DNA from: Myxococcales bacterium
GTDB taxonomy: Bacteria; Myxococcota; Myxococcia; Myxococcales; UBA5297
Direction: 5' to 3'
Assembly: GCA_050942745.1 (NCBI GenBank)
Contig: JBMNNX010000002.1
Span: forward strand, 11,896-75,895
Length of the DNA: 64,000 nt
Part shown: positions 47,453 through 55,107 of the stretch, piece by piece
Layout of the letters: each line of letters begins with the position of its first letter
Position numbering within the stretch: the first letter of the stretch is position 1
Notes under the pieces: generated by a model
Databases searched by the model: none
Told to the model about the DNA's origin: nothing
Seen by the model: only the letters and a program-made list of their open reading frames with translations
Made by a program: the position numbers and the translations under genes

Positions 47453-48075
47453 GGCAGGGCGCCATTCTCGTCGGCCTGCTGTTCACCTGCGGCATCTACC
47501 TGATGCTCAGCTTCAACACCCAGCGGCTGGCGATGGGCTTCCTGCTGCTGAGCAACGCGGTGAACGTCGTCGTCCTGGTCGCCTCCGGCATCCCCGCCGG
47601 CGCAACCGCGGCGTTCGTCGGCGTCGAGGGCGGGCCGCACGTCGATCCCTTGCCCCACGCCTTTGTCCTCACCGCCATCGTCATCACGCTGGGCGCGGTG
47701 GCGCTGCTCTTCGCGATGGCCGCGCGGGCGCGCAAGGAGTCGGGCACCGACGACCTTCGCGACGAGGTGGGAACCGTTGCGTTGGACGAGGGAACCGCCG
47801 CCTCGGGCGCGGGAACCGTCACGTCGGGACAGGAGACTGTGACGTCGGGACAGGAAACCGTCACGTCGGGACAGGAGACTGTGACGTCGGGACAGGAGAC
47901 TGTGACGTCGGGACAGGAAACCGTCACGTCGGGAGAGGAAACCGTCACGTCGAGACAGGGAACCGTCACATCGGGACAGGGAACCGTCACGTCGGGACAG
48001 GAAACCGTCACGTCGGACGAGGGAGCCGTCACGTCGGGCGAGGGAACGGTCGCGTCGGACGAGGGGCCCGAATGA
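47446..48075 (+). CDS. mrpC: Mrp/Mnh antiporter subunit C (NuoK-like) with ~100 aa C-terminal heptapeptide-repeat tail
   Basis: Tail of track ORF 47239..48075. GTG 47446 overlaps the mrpB stop. (M)VGQGAILVGLLFTCGIYLMLS..LLLSNAVNVVVL...DPLPHAFVLTAIVITLGAVALLFAM..R..ESGTDDL is the MnhC core. It is followed by 14 x [G/E]TVTSG[Q/E]. Confidence 0.8.
   Translation: MVGQGAILVGLLFTCGIYLMLSFNTQRLAMGFLLLSNAVNVVVLVASGIPAGATAAFVGVEGGPHVDPLPHAFVLTAIVITLGAVALLFAMAARARKESGTDDLRDEVGTVALDEGTAASGAGTVTSGQETVTSGQETVTSGQETVTSGQETVTSGQETVTSGEETVTSRQGTVTSGQGTVTSGQETVTSDEGAVTSGEGTVASDEGPE
47770..48063 (+). repeat. 14 tandem 21-bp repeats, in frame, encoding (G/E)-T-V-T-S-G-(Q/E)
   Basis: Hand alignment: GGAACCGTTGCGTTGGACGAG, GGAACCGCCGCCTCGGGCGCG, GGAACCGTCACGTCGGGACAG, GAGACTGTGACGTCGGGACAG, GAAACCGTCACGTCGGGACAG ... 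GGAACGGTCGCGTCGGACGAG. The period is exactly 21 nt, and the array ends 9 nt before the mrpC stop. Confidence 0.95.
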
Positions 48076-49580
48076 GCAACCTCGTCGCCGCGCCGGTCCT
48101 GCTGCCGCTGGCCACGGCGATCCTGCTCTTCCCGCTGCGCCACCGGCGCAGGCTCGAGCGCGCGGTCTCTATCGCGAGCGCGGTCGGGCTGCTCGCCCTC
48201 GCTTCGTGGCTGATGGCCCTGGCCTCGCGCGGGGAGATCCTGGTCCTGCCGCTCGGCTCGTGGAGCCCGCTCGTCGGCATCGCCTGGGTCGTCGATCGCT
48301 TGAGCGCGGTGATGCTGGTGGTCTCCGCAATCATCTCGCTGGCTACGCTGGTCTACGCCCGCGGCGGGCTGCGGCCTGAGCGCGAGACGCGCTTCTTCTA
48401 CCCGCTGCACCAGCTCGTCGTGGCCGGAATCTGCGGCTCGCTGGTGACGGGCGACTTCTTCAACCTGTTCGTCTTCTTCGAGGTGATGCTCATCGCCTCG
48501 TTCGCGCTGATCACGCTTGGAGCGCGCGCGCGGCAGCTCCACCGCAGCTTCGCGTACGTGCTGGTGAGCCTGGTCGGCAGCCTGCTGCTCTTCGTCGGGG
48601 TGGGCGTCATCTACGGGACCGCGGGCACGGTGAACATGGCCGAGCTGTCGCGCCGGGTGGCCTTGCTGCCGATGCCGCCGACGTTCTGGGCGGCCGTCTC
48701 GCTGGTGCTCGTCGCCTTCGCGCTCAAGGCCGCGCTGGTGCCGTTCTTCTTCTGGTTGCCCGACTCGTACCCGGAGGCGCCGCTGCCGAGCGCCGCGCTG
48801 TTTGCGGGGCTGCTCACCAAGGTCGGGGTCTACACCCTGTTTCGCGCGGTCCCGCTCATCAGCGGGCCGAACCCCAGGCCGCTGCTCTCGGTGCTCTTGG
48901 GCATCTCGGCGCTCACCATGCTCCTCGGGGTCCTCGGCGCGCTCGGCCGCGACACGGTGCGCGGGATCCTCTCGTTCCACATCGTCAGCCAGGTCGGGTA
49001 CATGGTCTTCGGGCTGGCGCTCTTCACGGCGACCGGCCTGGCCGCCGGGCTCTTCTTCGCCGTCCACAACGTCCTCGCCAAGTCGGCGCTCTTCCTGTCC
49101 GGCGGCATCTGCGAGCGCGTCGGCGACAGCGGGCGGCTCGGCCAGGTGCGCGGGCTGGCGAAGACCCACCCTTGGGCGGCGGTCGGCTTCTTCGTCCCGG
49201 CGATGGCGCTCGCGGGGATTCCGCCGTTGAGCGGCTTCTGGGCGAAGCTGCTGGTCATCGTCGCCGGCTTTCGCGAGGGGGCCTGGGTGACGACCGCCGT
49301 CGCCATCGTGGTGAGCTTCTTCACCCTCGCCTCGATGCTCAAGATCTGGAACGCGGTCTTCTGGGGAGCGCCGGGCGGCCAGCTCCATCCCGAGCGCGGC
49401 CACGGCTGGCGCATGGTCGGGCCGCAGCTCTCGCTGGCGGCGCTGACTGTGCTCCTCGGGCTCGGTGCGGCTCAATTCTTCAGCTACACCGAGGCCGCGG
49501 CGAGCCAGCTTCTGGCGCGCACGCCCTACGTCGACGCCGTGCTCGGCAGCGCGGCCATGGCTGCGGAGGTGACGCGATGA
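48072..49580 (+). CDS. mrpD: Mrp/Mnh antiporter subunit D (NuoN/M-like)
   Basis: ORF track, 502 aa; the ATG overlaps the mrpC stop (ATGA). It is polytopic, with FFNLFVFFEVMLIASF and KAALVPFFFWLPDSYPEAPLPSAALFAGLLTKVGVY. Confidence 0.92.
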   Translation: MSNLVAAPVLLPLATAILLFPLRHRRRLERAVSIASAVGLLALASWLMALASRGEILVLPLGSWSPLVGIAWVVDRLSAVMLVVSAIISLATLVYARGGLRPERETRFFYPLHQLVVAGICGSLVTGDFFNLFVFFEVMLIASFALITLGARARQLHRSFAYVLVSLVGSLLLFVGVGVIYGTAGTVNMAELSRRVALLPMPPTFWAAVSLVLVAFALKAALVPFFFWLPDSYPEAPLPSAALFAGLLTKVGVYTLFRAVPLISGPNPRPLLSVLLGISALTMLLGVLGALGRDTVRGILSFHIVSQVGYMVFGLALFTATGLAAGLFFAVHNVLAKSALFLSGGICERVGDSGRLGQVRGLAKTHPWAAVGFFVPAMALAGIPPLSGFWAKLLVIVAGFREGAWVTTAVAIVVSFFTLASMLKIWNAVFWGAPGGQLHPERGHGWRMVGPQLSLAALTVLLGLGAAQFFSYTEAAASQLLARTPYVDAVLGSAAMAAEVTR

Positions 49581-50047
49581 GCTACCTCGCGCTCAACCTG
49601 ATGTTGGCGGTCGTCTGGATGTTCCTGTCCGACGGCGGCATTGGCGGGCTGCTCGTCATCGTCCTCGCCCGGCCCTTCGTCGGGGGCTATGCCTACGTGC
49701 GCGCGGTGCCCGGGGCGCTGTGGCTGCTGGCGGTGTTCACGTGGGAATTGACGCGCGCGAGCCTGCGCCTTGCGCGGGACGTGCTGCGTGTGCGCCCGCG
49801 GTTTGAGCCGGCCTTCATCCGCCTGGACGCGACCGACCTCAGCCCGCTGCAGACCGTCCTGTTTGCCGCGCTCGTCTCGCTGACCCCCGGCAGCGTCGCG
49901 GTGGACATCGAGGACTCGAGCGACGCGCTCTACGTCCACGCGCTGTACGCCCAGGACGTCGAGCGCGCCCGCCGCAGCATGCGCAGCTTCGCGCGGCTCA
50001 TCCAGCGCGCTTCCGGCGCGCCGTTTCTTGGCCGGAGCGAGGAGTGA
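49577..50047 (+). CDS. mrpE: Mrp/Mnh antiporter subunit E
   Basis: Tail of track ORF 49172..50047. ATG 49577 overlaps the mrpD stop (ATGA). The sequence MSYLALNLMLAVVWMFLS...TVLFAALVSLTPGSVAVD is the MnhE-type LTPGT/S motif. Confidence 0.8.
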   Translation: MSYLALNLMLAVVWMFLSDGGIGGLLVIVLARPFVGGYAYVRAVPGALWLLAVFTWELTRASLRLARDVLRVRPRFEPAFIRLDATDLSPLQTVLFAALVSLTPGSVAVDIEDSSDALYVHALYAQDVERARRSMRSFARLIQRASGAPFLGRSEE

Positions 50048-50313
50048 TCATGGATTTGGTCGCGGTCATCGGGCTCGGCGTGCTGGGGGTGAGCATCGCG
50101 CTGAGCGGGGTCCGCGCGGCCGTCGGCCCGTCGCTGTTCGACCGCGCTCTGGCGTTCGATTGCATCAGCTTCAACTTCGCCGGCTGCGTCCTGCTCGCCT
50201 CTATCCTGATGAGGAGCGACCTCTTCATCGAGGTGGTGCTGGTCATCGCGCTGCTCGGCTTCATGGCGACGATCACTGTCGCCTTCTATCTGGAGGGCAC
50301 GCTCGTTGAGTGA
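50044..50313 (+). CDS. mrpF: Mrp/Mnh antiporter subunit F
   Basis: ORF track, 89 aa, with three hydrophobic helices. GPSLFDRALAFD matches the MnhF motif (GP...DR..A.D). It overlaps the mrpE stop. Confidence 0.85.
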   Translation: MIMDLVAVIGLGVLGVSIALSGVRAAVGPSLFDRALAFDCISFNFAGCVLLASILMRSDLFIEVVLVIALLGFMATITVAFYLEGTLVE

Positions 50314-50704
50314 GTGGGTGGTCAGCGCCCTCATCGTCGTGGGCGTCTTCTTCATGTTCGTCTCGTCGCTCGGCGTCCTGAGGCTCTCGGACTTCTACAC
50401 GCGCATCCACGCGCCGACGAAGGCGGCGACCCTCGGGCTCTCCTCGCTGCTCATCGCCTTCGCGGTCGCGGTGCCGCAGACGACGGCGATCACCAAGGTG
50501 CTGCTCGCCATCGGCCTGGTCGCGGCGACCGTGCCGGTGGGCTCACACATCCTCATGCGCGCGGCCTATAGGTCGAACGTGCCTCGAGTGCGCGAGACGA
50601 AGCTCGACGAGTATCGCGAGGAGCTCGAGCGGCGGCGAAGGCGGCGGGAGGAGCGTCCCGAGTCCAAGGACGTGCTGCAGGAGCAGCCGGAGAGGCAGTT
50701 GTAA
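50306..50704 (+). CDS. mrpG: Mrp/Mnh antiporter subunit G
   Basis: ORF track, 132 aa; TTG start overlapping mrpF. FFMFVSSLGVLRLSDFYTRIHAPTKAATLG is the MnhG signature (G..R.PD.YTR.HA..K..TLG). The C-terminal tail is charged. Confidence 0.85.
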   Translation: MSEWVVSALIVVGVFFMFVSSLGVLRLSDFYTRIHAPTKAATLGLSSLLIAFAVAVPQTTAITKVLLAIGLVAATVPVGSHILMRAAYRSNVPRVRETKLDEYREELERRRRRREERPESKDVLQEQPERQL

Positions 50705-50719
50705 TCGGTGCATCGCGGG

Positions 50720-50798
50720 GCGCCGGCCTTCGTGCCGGCGGGTTCCGGAGCGCCGCCCGCGCGCCGGCGGGTTCCGGAGCGCCGGCCTTCGTGCCGGC
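50720..50798. repeat. Two copies of the GCGCCGGC-cttcgt-GCCGGC hairpin also found in the 40.2-40.6 kb array
   Basis: GCGCCGGCCTTCGTGCCGGCG occurs at 50720-50740 and GCGCCGGCCTTCGTGCCGGC at 50779-50798. They are separated by GGGTTCCGGAGCGCC direct repeats. The first copy begins 16 nt after the mrpG stop. Confidence 0.7.
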
Positions 50799-50842
50799 CT
50801 CAGGGCACTCCGGCGATTCGCGGCGAATCTGGTCGATTCCTC

Positions 50843-51020
50843 GACGGGCGCATTGCCAATTGCCATGCGCCCGTACCGACCTGCGACGGGCGCATTGCCA
50901 TGCTTGCCATGCGCCCCTATCGACCTGCGACGGGCGCATTGCCATGCCATTGCCATGCGCCCGCACCGACCTGGAACGGGCGCATTGCCATGCCATTGCC
51001 ATGCGCCCCTACCGACCTCG
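50843..51020. repeat. Four tandem ~42-46 bp units, each a GGGCGCAT...ATGCGCCC hairpin
   Basis: The unit is GACGGGCGCATTGCCA(n)TTGCCATGCGCCC(g/c)TA(c/t)CGACCTGC. Copies start at about 50843, 50885, 50929 and 50975 (hand-indexed). The array fills the gap between the convergent mrpG and VWA genes. Confidence 0.85.
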
Positions 51021-51045
51021 GTTTCGCCGGGGCGGTCGCACTGCT

Positions 51046-52191
51046 CTAGTCGAGCGAGAAGTTGGCTCTCGCCGCCTGCTCGCGCAGGGAATCGAGGATG
51101 GCGCCGTCGAAGGTCGCCGCGCCCGAGGCGGCCCGCTTCTTCTCCTCGGCGGCGAGGTAGGCGCGGCGTTGGGCCTCGAGCTTCCGCATCCGGGTGCGGA
51201 TCTGCTCTCTCTCCTTCGCCTTCTCGGCGACGAAGGCCTGGCGCTCGGCTTCGTCCATCGTCTGCATCTCGGCGGGGAGGGCGGCCGGCGCGACGGAGGT
51301 CATGGCCCGGCCCCCGGCAGTCGCGTCAACCAAGTCCCAGTCCTCGGCGCGGTACTGCTCCTTTGCCTTGGCGAGGGCGCGGTTGACGCCTGCGCCCTGG
51401 CCGGCCGATTCGGCGTTGCGGTCTTCGCGCGCCTGGCGGGCCTTGGCCTCCGAGCCCTTGGCACCAAAGGCGATGTAGGTCTCGTTGAGTTGCCGCCCGA
51501 GCCGGGCGAGCTCGGCGTCCTGCGGCGCGGCGATGTGCGCGACCCTGCGGTTCGAGTCGATGAACGAGTAGCGGCCGTCGCCGAGCAGCGCGCCCTGCTT
51601 CCAGCCGTTCCGGATTCCCTGCTGCTCGCTGCCGCAGAAGATGGTGTTGACGGTGATTCCCTTGGAGATCGCCCGCCTGACGGCGGCCGTGTAGTCGATG
51701 TCGCCCTGGGTGAACGGCTCGTTTCCGGCGATGAAGATCATCTTCAACGTGCCCTTGCTCGAGCGCCACTCGAGCTCGCGGGTGGCCGCGTCGATGACCT
51801 CGCCGCAGAACTCGTCGCCGCCGCTCGTCGTCAGGCCGTGGAGCTGCTCGGAGACGCGGTCGAGGTCCGCCGTCAGGTCTGACACCTTTCGCAGAAACCC
51901 GCTCTTCGCCGAGAGCCGGTCGTTGCCGTACTCGTAGAGCGCTACCTCGAGGCGCGGCGCCTTTCCCGAGTACCGGGCGCGGGCGAACTCGTTGACGATC
52001 TTCCAAAGCTGCGACTTCGCCTGCCCGATGAGGCCGTCCATGCTGTTGGAGGTGTCGAGCAGGAGGGCGATTTGAATCACCGGCTGCGGCTTCGATTCCT
52101 GGCTCGCGGGGATCGGCTCGGGGGACTTGGCGAGAGCGGGGGCGGCGATCGCGACGGCGCTGGCGAGGATCGCAGCGAACAGGCGGGTCAT
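51046..52191 (-). CDS. Secreted von Willebrand factor A (VWA) domain protein with C-terminal coiled coil
   Basis: ORF 51046..52206; start moved to ATG 52191 with GGAGG 8 nt upstream. MTRLFAAILASAVAIAAPALA is a signal peptide. The MIDAS motif is LLLDTSNSMDG. Also present are TSGGDEFCG and IFIAGNEPF. Confidence 0.85.
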   Translation of the reverse strand: MTRLFAAILASAVAIAAPALAKSPEPIPASQESKPQPVIQIALLLDTSNSMDGLIGQAKSQLWKIVNEFARARYSGKAPRLEVALYEYGNDRLSAKSGFLRKVSDLTADLDRVSEQLHGLTTSGGDEFCGEVIDAATRELEWRSSKGTLKMIFIAGNEPFTQGDIDYTAAVRRAISKGITVNTIFCGSEQQGIRNGWKQGALLGDGRYSFIDSNRRVAHIAAPQDAELARLGRQLNETYIAFGAKGSEAKARQAREDRNAESAGQGAGVNRALAKAKEQYRAEDWDLVDATAGGRAMTSVAPAALPAEMQTMDEAERQAFVAEKAKEREQIRTRMRKLEAQRRAYLAAEEKKRAASGAATFDGAILDSLREQAARANFSLD

Positions 52192-52513
52192 GGTCTCTTC
52201 CTCCAAAGGAGCCCGGGAGCGGGCTGGCCCGGAAGAGAACGGATGACGGCGGGCGAGGATCTACGCACGCCTTCGGCGCCCGCCGCGAGGCCGTCCCGCC
52301 GGTGTCGCCCGCCGCGGCCGCGGCGCCGGGCGGGCGAGGGCGCGCGGCAGCTCGCGCTCAGCCGCTTGCGCCCAGGCAGCGCGCCTGTCTTCAAGGTTCG
52401 GGACCGAGCTCGGCTGATGCCCGCGCGATGGCGGTTCCTGGATGGCTCGGCGTGTTGGATTGCCAAGTGGCCGCCGCGCGTGGGATCGTCCGCCCCCCGA
52501 CACGAGCGAGAAG

Positions 52514-53437
52514 ATGACGACGAACCCCGTGAACAGCTCCGCCTACTGGGATGCGCGCTTCGACCAGGACTGGGAGTCGGCCGGCGGACGCGAAGAGACG
52601 CGCTTCTTCTGCGACCTCGCGCTGCGCTACCTGCCGAAGTGGGTCGCGAAGGACATCCGCAGCCACGCGCTGTCGATCTGCGACTGGGGGTGCGCCCTCG
52701 GAGACGCGCTCGAAGCCCTGGCCGCGAGCTTCCCCGAGTCGAAGCTGACCGGAGTGGATATCGCGCCTACCGCGATCGAGCGGGCGCGCGAGCGCTACCC
52801 CGACTTCAGCTTCCACACCCTCGACGATCTGCCGGAGGATGCGTCGTTCGACGTCGTCGTCTGCTCCAACACGCTGGAACACCACGATCGGCCCCTCGAG
52901 CTGCTGCAGCAGATGCTCGAGCGCGCCCGGCGCTATGCGCTGGTGCTGGTTCCCTTCCGCGAAGCGCCCCGTATCGACGAGCACCTCAGCACCTTCGACT
53001 ACAACTCCTTCCCGCTGCGGATCGGCGCCTTCCACCTGCTGCACTTCCGCTCGATCCCCTGCGCCTCGATCCCGAAGAGCTGCTGGAGCGGCGAGCAACT
53101 GCTCGTCGTGTTCGGGCACGCGGACCACGTGGACCTGCGCGAGTACCGCCTGCAGTCGCTCATCCAAGGCATGGCCGACGCCGAGGCAGACCTGCGCGAG
53201 CGCTTGGGCCGGCTCGAGAGGCAGCTCGCCCAGCTCCCCGAGGTGCGCAAGGCGCTGCAGGAGAGCATCGAGCAGCAACAGCAGCTCGAACGAGCCCTCG
53301 AATCGATGCGCCAGCAGCTCGCGGACGCTCGCGCCTCGAAGGCGTGGCGCCTCGCCAACAGTTGCCACGCGCTCGCGAACAGGTCGGGTTTGCCCGCGGT
53401 CGCTTCGGAGCTGCGCTCCCGGCTGAAGCGGCGCTGA
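52514..53437 (+). CDS. Class I SAM-dependent methyltransferase with C-terminal coiled coil
   Basis: ORF 52442..53437; ATG 52514 (MTTNPVNSSAYWDARF). Motif I is ICDWGCALGDAL; the post-I region is TGVDIAP.AIERAR. VVCSNTLEHH is also present. The tail DLRERLGRLERQLAQLPEVRKALQESIEQQQQLERALESMRQQL is coiled coil. Confidence 0.8.
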   Translation: MTTNPVNSSAYWDARFDQDWESAGGREETRFFCDLALRYLPKWVAKDIRSHALSICDWGCALGDALEALAASFPESKLTGVDIAPTAIERARERYPDFSFHTLDDLPEDASFDVVVCSNTLEHHDRPLELLQQMLERARRYALVLVPFREAPRIDEHLSTFDYNSFPLRIGAFHLLHFRSIPCASIPKSCWSGEQLLVVFGHADHVDLREYRLQSLIQGMADAEADLRERLGRLERQLAQLPEVRKALQESIEQQQQLERALESMRQQLADARASKAWRLANSCHALANRSGLPAVASELRSRLKRR

Positions 53438-53478
53438 TCGCGCGCCCCGCCCGCGGGCAGCTTCGACGGGCCGGGTTC

Positions 53479-55107
53479 TCAGGGCCGCGCGAGGTTGCGC
53501 GCCTTCTGCAACACCCGGCGCGCGAGGAGCGCTGACAGCCCGCGGATGCCGAGCTCGGTCTCGACCGGAGCCGCTCGCGCCGCGCCCGGCTGCAGCGAAG
53601 CCTCCGGGCCCATCGCGAGGACGTCCATCGCGATGCGGATCTCGCGCGCGCCCTCGGGCACCTTGCTGCAGTCGAGCGACAGCTCGCCTGACCCGCTCTC
53701 GAAGCGCCATAGCCCGCTCGCGTCGCGAGCCTCCGGTCCCTTCATGGGAACCTGGACGCTGTCGCCGTTCGCGAGCCGGACGAGCGCAGGCGTCGGCTTC
53801 GCGAGGAACGGCAGACCGTCGAATAGCCGTGCGCGAAGCTCCCGCAGCGGTTTGCCCGGGAGCTCGATCGTCAACGCGGCATCCGGCCCCGCCAGGTCTC
53901 GAACCATTCGCTGATGGCTGACAGGCTCGCCCGCCGCGTCCTCGGTCGTCCATCGGCACCAGGCGGAAGCCGGGTAGAAGCAGCACCGTTCGAGGTCTGT
54001 CAGGAACAGCGCGGGGTGGGCGGCGACGTCGAGCGCCGGGGCGATCCGGTCGAGCCCTCGAAGCTGCTCTTGGCCCTGCTCGATCAGCTCGTGGGCGCGA
54101 TCGAAGACGCGCAGGTTCGCGCGGCGGATCTCGTCGAGCTCGACGCTGCCCGGAACCTTCCCGGACGAAAAGTCGTCGAGCGCGAGGCAGCGGCCGCCGA
54201 GATCGATGAAGTCGCCCATTTCCGGCAGCTTCGCGATGGGGACGACGCCGTAGGCCAGGTACTCGTAAAGCTTCGTCGGACAGGCGACCCGGTTGACGGC
54301 GGTCTCCTTGCGCAGCACGAACCCGAAGTCGGCCTCCTCGTACTCCTCGGCGAGCCGCTCGGGCGGGCAACGGCGAATGGTGACGTGCTCGGCGACCCCC
54401 GCCCGCGTCGCCGCCGCCTTCATCCCCTCGATGTCGTCGGTCAGGAAGCGGAATTGGTAGCGGCCCAGCAGCCGGCGCGCCGTCTCCATCATCAGCTCGA
54501 CGTTCTGCCACGCCTGCGTGCCGCCGGCGTAGACGACGATAGGGCGTTCGCGAGGCTGCCGCTCCAGGCTGTTCGCGATGGGCCGCTCGTTGTGGATCGG
54601 CATGAGGATGAAGCGCGTCTTCAGCCCGGGGTACTTCTCGCGATAGTGGCGCTCCATCGCGCGGGTGACGACCACGACGGCCGCGCTCTGCTCGAGCGCC
54701 AGCTTCTCGTAGTCCTCGAACATGCGCGCCGACTGCGGCTCTCCCTGCAGCAGCGCCTCCTCCGGCGCTATCCCGTGGCTGTCGGTGACGATCTTCCCGC
54801 TGCGGTAGTACGGCAGCAGGTACTGCGCCGAGTGCATCGTGTGGGCGTAGACGAAGTCCGCGCGCCCGAGCAGCTCGAGGAAGCGGCGCCGGTGGCCCGT
54901 CAGGCGAAAGTCGATGGGGAAGAAGCTGCTCTTCTCGTCCACCTGCTGGATCTTCGGCTCGAAGCTCAGCTCGTGCGTGACGAACTGCGACGGGAAGACG
55001 TAGCAGCGCTCGCGGGAGGCGAACAGCGCGTCCACCGCCGCGATGCGGCGCATCCAACCGTTGGCAGCCCGATCGGCGAACGGATAGGGCCCGAAGACGA
55101 CGATCAT
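53479..55107 (-). CDS. Putative glycosyltransferase (GT-B/GT4-like N-terminal ~350 aa) with unknown C-terminal domain
   Basis: ORF 53479..55239. ATG 55107 (MIVVFGPYPF) overlaps the upstream stop by 1 nt (TGATG). VVYAGGTQAWQNVELMME and ACPTKLYEYLAYGVVPIA resemble the GT-B donor-binding region. The last ~190 aa match nothing I recognise. Confidence 0.6.
   Translation of the reverse strand: MIVVFGPYPFADRAANGWMRRIAAVDALFASRERCYVFPSQFVTHELSFEPKIQQVDEKSSFFPIDFRLTGHRRRFLELLGRADFVYAHTMHSAQYLLPYYRSGKIVTDSHGIAPEEALLQGEPQSARMFEDYEKLALEQSAAVVVVTRAMERHYREKYPGLKTRFILMPIHNERPIANSLERQPRERPIVVYAGGTQAWQNVELMMETARRLLGRYQFRFLTDDIEGMKAAATRAGVAEHVTIRRCPPERLAEEYEEADFGFVLRKETAVNRVACPTKLYEYLAYGVVPIAKLPEMGDFIDLGGRCLALDDFSSGKVPGSVELDEIRRANLRVFDRAHELIEQGQEQLRGLDRIAPALDVAAHPALFLTDLERCCFYPASAWCRWTTEDAAGEPVSHQRMVRDLAGPDAALTIELPGKPLRELRARLFDGLPFLAKPTPALVRLANGDSVQVPMKGPEARDASGLWRFESGSGELSLDCSKVPEGAREIRIAMDVLAMGPEASLQPGAARAAPVETELGIRGLSALLARRVLQKARNLARP

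Noticed and set aside
47770-48063. The 21-bp tandem repeat as a non-coding satellite, or as a separate gene between mrpC and mrpD.
   Set aside because: The period is a multiple of 3. The repeat is in frame with the MrpC core, has no internal stop, and differs between units mainly at synonymous positions. The stop overlaps the mrpD ATG as elsewhere in the operon.
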